NCBI GenBank assembly: GCA_976551045.1
Contig: CDPCPM010000180.1
Span: 16,926,001 to 16,990,000, forward strand
Direction: 5' to 3'
Length of the DNA stretch: 64,000 bases
From: Glaucostegus cemiculus
Taxonomy: Eukaryota
Each line of letters begins with the position of its first letter. The first letter of the stretch is position 1. Below, piece by piece: positions 11,816 to 25,085 of this stretch. The notes under the pieces are model-generated. The model was not told the DNA's origin, did not search any database, and saw nothing but the letters and a program-made list of their open reading frames with translations. The position numbers and the translations under genes are program-made.

Positions 11816-13899
11816 ATATAAGAAAAGAGCTGGTAAAGTCCCACCACAGCTTTGCTAGGTATAAAACTGTTGAGGAATTTCAACATGAAATTGAATTAAA
11901 AATTAAATTAACACTTCAATAATTGTTTCAATATAGTTTGTATTTATAGAAATTTGCCTGGTCCTTTGCCTCCTAACCCGAAGCCTGAGAATTTCCCTTG
12001 AACTCAACGGGGTCTCAGTTCCAGTGCCAGTTCTAAATCAGAGTAGGTTCCAAGAGGTGATTCCCAGCATAATGCCAAGTAATCTCAGAAGACTGACAGC
12101 TTAAGCTATTTTGGCATTAGCAAGCAAAATCTGGTCCACTCCAGCAATTTTGTGCAAATGCACTTGTTTTATTTAACTCTTTTATGAATTAATGAAATTG
12201 TTTAAGAAAATAGCATATGTAGAATTGATTTGAAGACTGTAATTCAATTCCAACATTCAGGTAGCATGTTGAATACTTCCATATTTCAAAACAAAAGACA
12301 AATACTTGAAGAGCATAGCACATCTAATAGATGTTTAATCCTTCCCTACAACAGACGCTCTACAGACTCTTGCTTTAAAGAAAGGCCTGCCCTGTTAAGA
12401 AACAGCATTCCAAATGCAATAAAGAGAAAACCAGAAATATTTGACAAGTCGCATCAGGAACATTTGACAAGCCATGCCAAGGCTGTTATGCCCAAGGCAG
12501 TAATTGTGAATGGGTGAAAATTATTCACCGCCTCAGCAGAAGGACTTCAGATGGACTAGATCTAATGGAAGAGTCTGTTCTTTGTGTTAAAAAAAAGCAT
12601 TTCCCCTTTTTGTCTGGAAGCATTTCCAAGACACTTGCACATTCTGAGGAGAATCACCCTTCCCACATCATGTTTTTGTGTGACAGCACTACTTCTAAGA
12701 GAGCCCGACAGAGATCCACTTCCGCTGGCTATGTATCAACACAGACAGATTCTCATGGCAAAGCTGGAGCAAGCTCTGATCATCTGTTCCAGTCAAGTAA
12801 AGATTTAAGGAAGATCTGGAGCCAAGAGATTAAATTACTTTGGGAGGAACTGCACATGTGCAAGATGGGGTATCCACAGCTTTCTGCTGGTGTGGGCTGA
12901 TGCAAAATGAATCACTTCCAGAGCAGCAACAATCTCAAACCAACTAAACCAGGCAATTTTGCAAAGAGCAACAGTGAAAGTTGAAGAGTAAAGATAAAAC
13001 CAAATTATGCTAGACACCATGTCCCATGTTGTTTCTCACAACACCAGTAACATCATCGACAAAACTTTACAGAGAACAAAAAACTGGATTATGCATTATG
13101 TTAAAACTGTTTAAAAAAAATTAAACTCTGTGCTACTTTGAAATAGTCAAAAGAATTTCTATCTGAGAATTTGAAAATAACTTTAAGGGCCAGAGATGTT
13201 GCTAAAGTGTGATTGCTGATTTGTGTCACTAATATTGACATTTACTTTGAGGCAATAATGCAAAACATTTTCAGGTAACTTCAGTGAGAATAATTTGTAA
13301 ATACCTCAGGTATTTCACAGATCACTGATTTATGAAGTTTATTTTGGAGAAGGCTACCAAACAGCACACCCAGTGGAGGAGCAGAGAATCACCAATAGCA
13401 AGTTCAGGGTTGTTATAAAAATGCAGTCAGCATACTCCAGAAGTTACTATCAATGTCACACTTTAGTGACGTTTTGCCAGCCTTTGCTGTGATTACTACC
13501 AAAAACCCTAATGCTATAACATGATCAGTAATACAAAGTCTACCAAAATAACTTAAGTTATTCTAAGAAATGTTACATGTTAAAACTACCCTTTTTTGCT
13601 GTTTTCCCAGTTCACTGCCTGTAGCAGACAACAGCTGTGCACTCTCTCCATATTATCCACCCTCGGACTGTCTGCCAGGCTGTGACAAGTTGGGACAGGC
13701 TTGCTTTCCAACTTGGATGAGCAATGGAGCAAACCTCAAATGCAAACTCAAAAAGAAACATCCAGAGTTCTTTCTTGAGGGATGAGAAACACCAGTCAGC
13801 ACATTTATCTTTCAACCACTTCAGCAAAAAGTAAGGAAGGTCAGGGATCAATTTCCAATGGATGTTCATAACTTGATCTCAAGCCTGGGTTCCAATGCG

Positions 13900-15200
13900 T
13901 GTCATGGTAAACTGCCATTGGAAAATGATGCCTGAAAGATATGCAAAAACAGGGTAGTTTGAATAACCTCATGACCACCGCCTGAAGTTACGTGCCGAAT
14001 GCAGGCAAGACAAAGTAGTCAACACCTCCAAGGAAAACTCTGGAACAATTTTAGGGCTTCCGACTCTCCATTTTCAAGGACTTATGGGGCTTCCGGCAAC
14101 AGGGCATTTTAAAATAGCAAACAGCAAGTTTATTATCACATTTTCTTTAACGCTTGTGTATATTACCTGCAAATAAAAAGGAGTTGGAAAATAAGAGCCA
14201 TTTGTCTGGCAGCTTAAATTGGGAGGTCACATGGCAATAGCTTTGGATCGATGTCCAGCCAGTGTTGGCATTTTGCAAAGGAGAGAAAGCCAAGAGGAAC
14301 AAGGGAAAGAGATATATCTAAAAAAAACGGTCAATACAGAAGTATCAGTGGAACAAATAAATTACCCTCCATACTATTAAAGCGGATTTTCTTTAATAGT
14401 AATAGAAGAAAAATAGGTTTCCACACAAAGAACAGATTCAGCATGTCTCAATGCATTTAGTAGTACAGGAAGGACCAGTATCAGTATGCAAGGTTTCATG
14501 GCTTTTATCAATTATTTATGACAGAGATAACAAAATGTTTTAGAATTATGAGTTAAGGTTTAGTCCAATTTCTATATTTAATTGTTTCAGAGTATGCCAT
14601 GAAGTGATAAAACATTTTACCTCAAAACCAGCAGCAAGTTGGTATTCTTAGATTTAAAGAAAAGAACCAGAATGAAAGTTGGTCAAATTACCTTTGCTCC
14701 CGATTTTCAATTATATTCCCTGTAACCTTGACCCCTGCTTATTAAATCTGGAGTAAGATTCTCACAGACCAGAATGTGACTAAAACCTGGATTGTGTGCC
14801 AGAATAACTACAGGAAGTTCAAAATCCCCAGAACTTGTTGAAATCCTGCTAGTGATTACAGCGAATATGTTTTGAATTGGAACCAGCAACACTTCTGCAG
14901 CCAGATAAGGGAATCCTGGCATTAAAATGTGGCGATCAGCTTCTGTCTTTAAGTGCATCCAGACCAGAGGACATGCTTTAGTTCACTGTCTGAGCCTCCC
15001 TGACTGCAAGGTCATTCCCGCTTATACTGTTAAATCTAATCACGTGTCTCTGCAATGCCAGTTTAATGCAAAGGTCACTGAGGCACCAAATATCTCTGTA
15101 ATATTCCAGGCCAATCGTCATTGACGCACAACGCTGACAAATCTAGAACTGCTGTCAACTGGTTGTTATTCAAGGCTGGCACAGCTGTGGGGATCTAATT
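13900..15200. promoter_or_regulatory. Candidate enhancer / conserved non-coding block
   Basis: Repeat-poor with retained CpGs; TACGTG 13989, GGGCTTCCG x2 (14054, 14087), CACGTG 15041, AAAGGTCA 15070, CCAAT plus CGTCATTGACG 15111-15126. Confidence 0.35.
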
Positions 15201-15399
15201 ACCACAGGGGGAAAAAAACAATACTCAAAATGCTCAGTCGATTTCTCTGCATCTGGAAAATATGGTGTTAATATTTCAGATGCTAGTTTTAATATTAACG
15301 TGGTGCAGAAATTCTCTGGTTGTAATGCAGGATGTCTGGCAGTGTTCTAAATAATCAGCATTTATATTGTTCTTCTTTTGTCTGTGCTATTGCACAGAA

Positions 15400-15760
15400 G
15401 AGTACATGTCCTGGAGAATTCCTGATCTCAGCCCTGAAAGAAGGTCAAGATACCAGAAGGCAGGATGTGGGAGGGAGAGATTGATGTGACAGAAAGGAAG
15501 ATTGCAGGAGGGGGAGGGGGTAAGACACTGGAATTTGGTGGGATGGGGGTAAGAGCTGGAAGTTGATCTGACAAGACAGGTGAGAACATCTGTAAATTGC
15601 AAAGCAGGAACAGAAGCTATATATTGTGCTGTCAAGATGGGGAAATTCCACGTGAAGCAGTGAGACAGAGACAAAACGATACAAAAGATTTGTTGAACTG
15701 CATTTAGTTTGAACGTGAGCTGAATCACTTTCTGGAAGCACTGGTCTTGCTGCACTTCTG
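15400..15760 (-). mobile_element. Old Penelope-like element 3' region
   Basis: Purine-rich antisense tract like the PLE 3' UTRs at 41700-41870 and 59740-59860, next to a degenerate endonuclease-end-like segment. Confidence 0.35.
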
Positions 15761-16696
15761 GACAGCACTGATTGTAACATGCAGGAAAAATTTCAGCTTT
15801 AATGAAACAACTGCATCACAAGATTTATGCATGACGTTTTGGGAGAATTGAGATCTGACCTCACAGAGTAACTATGACACTGGCAGGAAATTTGACCACA
15901 CATGCCAGTAAAGCACAATGGCAAACACAGACTTGTCTCCCATATTTCAACACTTTCCTGCCCAAGTCAATTTATCACTTATTTGTATAGTCCAATAATA
16001 AAGGGACCAGTGAGAGACAAGGCTCTGTCACCAGAGGGTGTTCACTGTTGCCCGTAAAAGAACAGTCACTCTAACATAAAAGAGCCCTCTGAAATCATTG
16101 AACATACTTCAAAATGAGAATGGTTACAGTGGAACAATGCTTTTCACAAGTTCCTTCTTCAATGAGACCACCTTGCATCAGTAAGTTTATAACCTAGACA
16201 GCACAAGAGTCAATCAGTACTTCAATGAGCTACAAGTCATTCAACTATCCAACAATAAACTCAAAGTCAGGTATAAAGTCAGTAGTCCAGTCACTGCAGT
16301 TCATTGGGTGTGAGGCTTGCAATGGACACAATGCTCCCAATGTTTACTAAGAGAGCAGTGTTGCCATCAATTGCTCATCTACTGTGAAAACACTGATATG
16401 TTATCGTAAAACAATAGCACCAAATGAGTAAATAATTAAATGACAGGAACTAGGACACATCTTATACAAATGTCCAGGTTCCTAAATCAGGCACATGGTT
16501 CAGACACTTCCAGATGTCATGACCGTGGCAGAGAACAAAAGGAAAATGTTAATGCTGAATATTTTTCCTTCACTTTCCGATGGGGTCCACACTTTGCCAC
16601 CCCACTCGGACATCCTCACGAGACCTCTAATAGTTTAGTCACTGCAGAGATTGGCTTAGCCAAGAGGAGGTGCACTGAGCTGAGCTATCTGCCATC

Positions 16697-16815
16697 AGAA
16701 TAATACAGCATGGAAACAGACCCTTCAGTCCAACGTACCTATGCCGACTATGGTGCCCACAAACTAGTCCCAATTGGCTGCATTTGGCCCATATACCTCA
16801 AATCCCTCCATATAT
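16697..16815 (-). mobile_element. CR1 LINE 3' tail
   Basis: ATACAGCATGGAAACAGACCCTTCAGTCCAAC...CTAGTCCCAATTGGCTGCATTTGGCCCATAT. Confidence 0.8.
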
Positions 16816-17059
16816 GGAACCTGACCATATCCAAATACATATCCAATACACATAGAATCTGACCACATTCTTTAACGTTCTTAAGAGATAGGAAGGTGAA
16901 GCCAAGGATTCTCACAGGCAATCTCAGAGGTCAAATTAGGTAGAGGGGTGGAGAAAGGAAACAGTGAACATTCTCTGGTCATGTCAAGCTGCAGAAGAGT
17001 AAAATCAAATGAGAGTTCTACTGCTCTGGGCAATGAGTGATGCTGGAATCAGAGTTGAT

Positions 17060-17430
17060 CAGCATGAAAACAGGCCCTTCAGCCCACCGAGGCCATGCCA
17101 ACCATCAATCATCCATTTTCACNNNNNNNNNNNNNNNNNNNNNNNNNNNNNNNNNNNNNNNNNNNNNNNNNNNNNNNNNNNNNNNNNNNNNNNNNNNNNN
17201 NNNNNNNNNNNNNNNNNNNNNNNNNNNNNNNNNNNNNNNNNNNNNNNNNNNNNNNNNTCCCCCTAGATTCTACCATTCACCTACACACTAGGGGCAATTT
17301 ACAGTGCCAATTAACCCTCTAACCTGTACCTAGAGGAAGCCTAGGTGATCACAGGGAGAATGTGCAAACTCTGCAGAGAGCACCAAAGGTCAGGACTGAA
17401 CCTGGGCCTCTGGCACTGTGAGGCCAGACA
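17060..17430 (-). mobile_element. V-SINE with CR1-type tail, spanning an assembly gap
   Basis: CAGCATGAAAACAGGCCCTTCAGCCCACC...[N]...CACTAGGGGCAATTTACAGTGCCAATTAACC...GGGAGAATGTGCAAACTC...GAACCTGGG. Confidence 0.85.
17123..17257. other. Assembly gap (135 N)
   Basis: Run of N. Confidence 1.
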
Positions 17431-18184
17431 CTAAAGAGCACTGTGGTTAAATGCAGCAAATGCTTCAAAGCAACTTGAAGGAGGGATGTCTACAATGCTG
17501 AAACACAAAGGGCATTGTTTGTGATTTTGATTATAGCTGCTTCAGGACCACGTCAGAGGCAGAAAATAGAATAAAGGAGGTATAGGTTGGGAACACACAT
17601 GAAAAAAGGAAAGTTGGAGACAAATAGATAGGTTAAGGGTTTGAAAAGCCAGCATTGGTGGATTTTGAAGGGAATGAGTGCAACATACAGGGTCTGCTGC
17701 TAGAGGAAGAAGTCAGGGGAAAATGGCAAGGGCTCTGACTCAGGGCAAACTGTTGACAGAGGTTGGTAGCAAAGAGATATTTGGCCCAATCACAGTCATC
17801 CTAGGGAGGAGTGACTGGGCCAATCAACAAAAAGCCAAGCTGGATAGCCAATGATGCGGCCCTAGAGCTAGTGATAAGTTGCTCAGTTGGTTGTCAGTCG
17901 AGTATGCACAGTTCTATGGGATTTGAGCTTGGAAAGCAAAAACAGAACCCATACCAAAATGGCATTATTGGGACTGACAAATGAAAGGCCTTATCTGAGG
18001 ACAAAGATATCAAAAGTTGTAAGAAAAACTCAGAATTTCATAATGCTCTAAAATCTCTTGTATCCAATGAAGAAATTTAAGAATCATACGTGTTTCAAAT
18101 CAAAGCAGTTGCAAATTGCAGATAGCAAGGAATAATCAGTTTTTATCCACCCTCTCCCACCCCCACCCCATCCCCCACCAAAGC

Positions 18185-18440
18185 AATTTTGGTTGAGGGA
18201 TGAATGTCAGTCAGGACACTTGCCAATTTCCCTCTACTTCAAATAGTGTGTCATAAGATTTCTTGTATTCTTCCAGAGGGAAAATGATGCTTCACCTTAA
18301 CAGATCATCTTAGATGTCGCTCATTGGGTGTAGATTCAGATGAATACAATCAGCCTGCATCATGCTCTCAAGACTCCCCAAAAAAAACTTGAATCCATAG
18401 CCTTGTAACTGAGAGGCAAGAGTTCGACCATTGTGGCAAG
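18185..18440 (-). mobile_element. Deu-domain SINE fragment
   Basis: TTGGTTGAGGGATGAATGTCAGTCAGGACAC...CTTCAAATAGTG...CTTGAATCCATAGCCTTGTAACTGAGAGGCAAGAG. Confidence 0.7.
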
Positions 18441-20855
18441 ACTAAACTAGTACAAGGGAGTAACCTCCAGCATTAATCCTCTCCAAGTTAAAAGTATCAT
18501 GGCAGAGGGTAGGGCAAATGCAGAAAGGAAGGAACTATGGACTTGGGCTGACGATGGCTGGAGATGGAGGATGGTGTTGATCAGAGTCAAACATGTAGTG
18601 GAAGCAGTTGTAGCTTGTTTGTGGAAAGCTCTTCAGAATGCCTTACTAGACCACAACACGTTCCACAGATGCTTCAAAGATCCAATCCTACATTCACTGC
18701 TATTTTGTGCCATCTTATTTCAAATGAAAAAATGTGTTCCTCTCATATCTCTCCACACTTAAGAGTCAAACCCCCATACATCTGGATCCTTGTTCTTCTT
18801 TATTGACAATAGATTTCAATGAGCAATAAAATCTGGAAGTTTCTTCAGTGTTGGTATTCCATGCAATTGATATCTGTCATCCCACACATAAAACTGAACA
18901 AAGATTCCCATCGTTTGCTTTTCTCCTTCTGGGAAGGTTCAAATGAGAATGGGTTTAAATTTCAAGTTCTGAAGATTACTGCAGTGACCAGGGACAGTGT
19001 ATCAAAGGATTATGTGCCCTTGTAGTTATAGGCTAATTAATTGCCTATACAAGCTGCAAGCTAATTGAAGACAGTCTTTGCAACCAAATTAAATCAATAT
19101 TTTAAATGATTCAGCAGGGAGATTACTTTCACAATTGAGCATGATGCTCATTAAAAGTATACAGCACAGAAAATAGGCAGTCAGCCCAAAAATTCAGTCC
19201 CCATCTTTATAATCCACACGAGTCCTCTTCCATTGCATCTACTTGAACTCCACCCATAAACAGCACCACTACTTTGGTTCTTTAGTGTTCATTTCAAACA
19301 TGCATTGGCTGCAGTGTTAAGAAGCTGCAATTCAATTCACACATATCCATAAAAGGAGCATGCTCCTGACACCACCCACCACCTCCAGGAGACTATTGGA
19401 AATGCCTTGTGGACACTGCTTCACATTCTGATCATGTAACAGAGGTGAAGTAGATCTCCAGCAGTTTTCCTGCTGTAAATGCAAAATGGCTCGTATCCCA
19501 TCTGTGGTTGGAAAGAATGGTACTTCTTCTGAAATGTCCTCTTCTGGTGCCACTAATGCACATCCTTCCTTCCAAAATGGGTGAATTATCCCATAAAGGG
19601 AGCACAGAGTTTATTATAATTATAGCTATTCTAAAAAAAAACACACAGAACCATATTTAGCAGAACAAATGCACATGTTAAAATGAAATGAAGCTTTTGT
19701 TCACAAAACTTTGCTCAGTAGATATTCATGAAATCTCAACAAAACTTGTAACCGCAGATAAAATAATCTTGCCCCTCCAATCCTGGGTAGTACAGTTGAA
19801 GGTAATTCTCAAATTATTGTGAAGTTTTACATTTTTAAATAAACATGACTATGGACTTTGTGCTTGTAAAATAGAACTGTAAAACAAATATATACAAGTC
19901 AAAGACATTTCAAAATTAAGACACTTTCCTAAAAAAAACTTGCCTTATCATAAAAGGCAATTAAAAGTTAAAAAGCAAATTAGAGCTTTTATTTATAAAC
20001 AAACTTTCCACTGTTGCACTGGTTCCAAAGGGTTTCACGGCCAAAGCAGTACTTTAAGTACAGGGAGACATGGTAACTGCACAATTTTAAGCTCTTTACA
20101 GCCAAGATATTAATCCACTTGTACATTTCTTTTTGCAACAAAAAACCAAAAGCTTTCACAGATACTTTACTATTTCAAGTGCTGTCAATGATAATTTTCC
20201 CATCATCCTACTTCACTGCAGGTTTGCTATCAGATCAATTTTAACTACTACTATGAAGAAACCTCAGAAACATTTAACTTATTTGTGAGGAGTCCTATGA
20301 TGTTGCAAGGTTGTTAAATACGAGTCTCTCTTTCCTAACCTTCATTGCATAAACTCAATATTGGCATTTATTTAATTATCACCTCATCAGCGGAGTTCAG
20401 TAGATTTATCTCCATAACCAGATGAGGGGTGGGGGGCAGAATATTAGAGGTTCACCTCATCAGTCAGTCCAGAGAATTCTCGGGTGGTACTATCTGCAAT
20501 GATCTGGCCTCTGGCTCTGCTTCATACAAATAAAATGCAAGGAGGCTGTAGAGAGCTGTAGATCTGAGGCCCAGCGCCTATGACCTCCACTCTCATCATC
20601 AGAAATGGATTTTTAACTAACCTTGGGTGAGTCAGCAGGAGTTTGAGGACATGTGAATAATTTGTCCTGGGACCTCCATGGTCGCTCTGCCTGAGGGTAA
20701 TGAGTCCTGGCAATGGCTTCCTTAATCTGGTCCAAACTGGTGCAGCCAATGGGCATACACCTTGATGAAAAGTAGGTAACATTCCTACTTACCCCTTTCA
20801 TAAACCAGAAACACTGGACTTGAGCCCACTCCAGGTATACTTGCCTCATGGCACA

Positions 20856-21145
20856 GGGCGGCACGGTAGCATAGTGGTTAGCACAATGCTTTACAGCACC
20901 AGCAACTCCGGTTCGAATCCAGCCACTGCCTGTAAGGAGTTCGTATGTTCTCCCCATGTCTGTGTGGGTTTCCTCCCCCATTCCAAAGATGTACAGGTTA
21001 GGATTTTATGGGCATGTTAAGTTGACACAGGAAGTGTGGTGACACTTGCAGGCTGCCCCCCAAAACAAAAATCACTACACAAAAAATGTATTTCACTGTG
21101 TGTTTTGATGTACATGTGACAAATAAAGATCTTATCCATCTTATC
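20856..21145 (+). mobile_element. V-SINE subfamily with Rex1/Babar-like 3' tail
   Basis: A-box TAGCATAGTGG, perfect B-box GGTTCGAATCC at 20910, V-like core GGAGTTCGTATGTTCTCCCC..GTGGGTTTCCTCC, tail TTTCACTGT...GTACATGTGACAAATAAAG(ATCTT)n. Confidence 0.85.
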
Positions 21146-22924
21146 ATTCAACCAAGGTTAGAAAATCTCAGCAGTGCATTGGCAAGGTGAAACGTGCTTC
21201 AAGAGGATTTCACTAGTACACTTCCACCAGACAGTTATGAAATATTCTAGCCCCAGCATGGTAGAGGGGAATATGATTTGTATTGTGTGATTTATGGCTT
21301 TCTTTCCCTGCTGAGAAAATAAACTGGAAGTTTAATCAACCTCACTCATTGACTTGCCAGGAATAGTATCACCATTCCAGGCTGTGTCGACGCTAAACAG
21401 ATTAATTAAGAATGTCCATGAAAGCCTCTTTGGAACCACTGATATTTCTCCCCACACCCCCAATCTAGAGGGTACCATGCATGGATCGTAACAGATCTTG
21501 TTAATCTGCACAATCCCTAAAACTGTCCTTCAAAACTTTATGATCTCTCCAAAATCAATCTGGTTTCTTGTTTCTTGTACTGCCCTTCACACATTTGCAC
21601 CAAGTCTTGATGAATACCTATTCTCTTCATACTTGCTCAGATGACCTTGCTTCACTCATGACCAAACAACAACAAACAGGCCTGGCATTCTATTCTGCAG
21701 GATCAGAGTTTGCCACAGAGTGGGATGCAATTCAAGTGCCAGCAAGGCAAGTCTGATGGTGTCTGGACTTCCTCCTCTGTCTATTCTACTCAGGTCAACT
21801 TATGAATTTTAATCAAGTGGTGGGATGGAGCTATACGTGTTTAAAAGGCAAAAACAAAACTGAAGTGTGTGTGATTGCCCAAAATCTTCCAAAAAAAAAT
21901 CAGTTACTGGGGAATTATAAACGTCAGACTGATACAATCAGGAATTCTTGACCGAGGCTGGAGTCAAGTTGCAGCACTGTGACAATACAAGCTTTACTTT
22001 AAAGCCAGATTCCCTCCAGATCACAGCACTGATAACAAATCATTTTGAAGTGTACACATAAACCTAGTTTATCCATTATAACAGGAGTGCAGAATTGCTG
22101 GATTAAAAAACAATTAACGATAATCATACTGGTATTTGTTAAATTGCTTTTGCAACCTCAGGAATGAGACATTTCATTCTCATTTCAACTTCAATATTTT
22201 TACACGTTTTAGAATTTTACCTTTAAGTCTGGCTGTGTGCAAAATGCATTCAAACAAAAAGACCCTAAACAGGAAACAGACTAAGCCAGCAAACTCAGAA
22301 GACACGATGGAATTATTCTGCGAGCACCTGTTATTTCAAGAAAGATAAAAAGCCTTTGAATTTCATGCAAACAATAGATGGAATTTATTGACAACCACAT
22401 TCTACAAGTTTAAGGTAGTGCTTTCACCATTGATGGCTCACAAGAGTGGTTTGCAATTGATGGAGGGTGATCTTCACGTTCTAGTGTTACACATACCAAT
22501 TTTGTGAAGCAGATGAACTTTATAATGCTGAAGGAGACCATACCTCTATCTAATGCCAGAATTACTCTCAGTAGCCCCAAATTCAAAACAAAATTAAACA
22601 AGCTATTCTCTGATATCTCACAGGAGCAAGCCACTTGATACGTTTATTCAATCTGGGTGCACTTTCTAATCTTAGACCCAGCCATAAGGTTAACCAATAG
22701 CTTATAGGTTATCCCAACAGAATCAACTACAGAATCAACTACATATCATTAGACTTCAGTAATTTAAAAAAAATATTAAGGATAACATTTCAGAAAACTG
22801 AAAGACTAGCCATAGGTCCATTGAACCCTCATTTCTTGAGCTCATACTGGGCTGTGCAGTGGAAACCAAGCAGTGAGCAAACAAACAAAAAATCTTTCCT
22901 CATATATAAATGCTAGCACATCAA

Positions 22925-23230
22925 TTAGTGCTGTTGGCTCACAGTCCAGTGACCTGGGTTTGATCCTGACTTTGGATGCTGTGTGATCATGTGGGTTTCC
23001 TCACCGTGCCCAATCTCCTCCCACATCCCAAAGACATGTTGGTAGCATAAGTGGCCACAGTAAATTATCCCTGGTGTGGGTTAGTGTAAAAAGAATCAAA
23101 AGGGAATTGAAAGGTGTGTGCATGGGAAAAGTTATAGGGCTATAGGAAGATAAAGAGGGGGAGTGGGACTAATGGAATCGCTCCCCTGGGAACTGCCATG
23201 GATTCAGCAGGCCAAATGACCTCTTTGTTT
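22925..23230 (+). mobile_element. V-SINE with CR1-type tail
   Basis: CACAGTCCAGTGACCTGGGTTTGATCCTGAC, GTGGGTTTCCTC, CTCCCACATCCCAAAGAC, tail GGCCAAATGACCTCT. Confidence 0.85.
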
Positions 23231-24782
23231 ATGTCATTACAAGCCAAAGATAAGCAACAGTACATTCACACCAAAACAAAATGTTGCTGGAGGTGCAACT
23301 CTGATGGGCCCTTATACTGCGATATTCTGGTGTGCGGATGAGATTGGTGTCTAAGTGCTGGTTCACAGTGATCAAAGTCTTCAAACACTGAAGAACAGTC
23401 AACAACAAAGCAAACAAAATGCTATACAATTTAGCAAACCTTATGTTGAAGCAGTAAATTTAAAATTTAAAAATTCAATTGACTGAGAAGGGTTTTGCTA
23501 GCAAGACCTGTCCTGATGGGAAAGGCGATGATGACTGCCTTCTTGCATCATTGTTTCGAGTTATGTGTTAGGTCACATCAGAGCGCTTTGTGTGTTGCAA
23601 TAAAGCAATGGGGTTCTTTCCTTAGCTGATTCACTTTCATGATAATTCATAATCTGTGGTTTTGTTTTGAAGTACAATGGGGGAAATTCAACTCGCATTC
23701 TCCAAATTATGAGTCAAGGCTTTGAGTTGCTATGCAGTAAATATAACTGTACAATCATAACTACATTGAACCATCCAAGGAGCCTGTGGCATGTGTTGGT
23801 TTCAGAGAGGCAAGAGTAACACTCAGGCCCTGAGAACAGGTCAGGAAGAACTCGTAACTGATTGCTAGCATTGGAGAACTGCACAAATAGAGCAAAAGAC
23901 AGATGATCAAGTTGCTCTACAAGGCAACTGTCAAGGTGGTTAAAAATGGGAACCCACACATTTGCACATTTAGCCAGCAATACTGTCACTAGTTCACCAT
24001 CTAACTTCAATACTAATGTGTAGCTTGGAAGGGCAATGTAAACCCCTAATTTACAGTATTTCATGCGGCTTTTGCAGTAAAAGTGAAAATGTCCCGTGGT
24101 ATTTCTTCATGGAAAAAAGGCATATCCTGAACATAGTGTGAACAGCAGAGCAATCAGATGTTAAATGTTTGATAGATGGATTGATTCACAAAAAGCACCA
24201 ATTAATAATCATTGCCCATCACCATAAACATTCTAAATGTATTTGCATATTGTGCATTGAATGCCTATGCAGGACTGCATTCTGTCCAGCTATCTGAGCA
24301 GCACTGATGAGTGTTTAGGACCTTACATTTCCTTTGGAGTTTGTACACTGATAAAAAAGCAAGAATAATTGAATTTTGATTTTATTTTATGCCCTGAAGG
24401 ATCTAAATTGTTACAGTGACAGGGAGAAGGACAACAGTGATGACAATGTGTGCCTGGCATTTCACAGTGAGCGTCATTTTAAGCAGGCATGCTGTGATTC
24501 CATATATATATCTCTCCTAGAAATACCTCATGCAGTAATACACTGCATTTGTGCAAGACAATTTTCCTTCATTAAGATAACAGAGCACAAACTGAATGTC
24601 ACCACTTACTCAATTTAGTAAAGTTGAGCTCAAACAGGATTTTCCTTCCCAAGTCTGGTAAAGCCCTTCAGCCTTAATTATAACTGCACCCAGCAATCCT
24701 ACCCACTTCCATGGGAATGCCCAATTGAACTTGAGGAGTGCCCTGTGAAAATTTATTATATGGGTAAGAAATAATTGACAAC

Positions 24783-25085
24783 ATTGGTATATTATTGTCA
24801 TTTGTACCGTGGTACAGTGAAAAACTTGTCCTTCATACTGATCGTACAAGTCAATTCATTACACAGTGCATTGAGGTAGTACAGAGTAAAACAATAACAG
24901 AATAGAGAGTAAAGTGTCACAGCTACAGGGAAGTGCATTGCAAGTAGACAAAAGGTACAAGGTCATAAGGGAGATTGTGAGGTCAAGAGTCCATCTCATC
25001 GTATAAGGGAACTGTTCAATAGTCTCATCACAGTGGGATAGAATCTGTCCTTGAGCCTGGTGGTATGTGCCCTCAGGCTTCTCAG
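24783..25085 (-). mobile_element. Rex1/Babar LINE 3' end
   Basis: Minus strand translates RSLRAHTTRLKDRFYPTVMRLLNSSLIR*, followed by a 3' UTR ending TTTCACTGTACCACGGTACAAATGACAATAATA. Confidence 0.85.

Noticed and set aside
12230-12900. Adjacent overlapping 95-aa and 128-aa ORFs resembling an operon or viral insert
   Set aside because: Non-ATG starts, no recognisable motifs, eukaryotic non-coding context
13299-13315. Palindrome AAATACCT-C-AGGTATTT
   Set aside because: 8-bp AT-rich arms are expected by chance at this window size
19383-19632. Strong minus-strand acceptor (TTTTTTTTTAG) followed by exon-like sequence
   Set aside because: Stops in all three frames and only a weak donor; cannot be supported as coding, though a UTR or lncRNA exon is not excluded
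20856-20925. tRNA-like sequence with A and B boxes
   Set aside because: It is a SINE head that continues into a V-domain; no full cloverleaf
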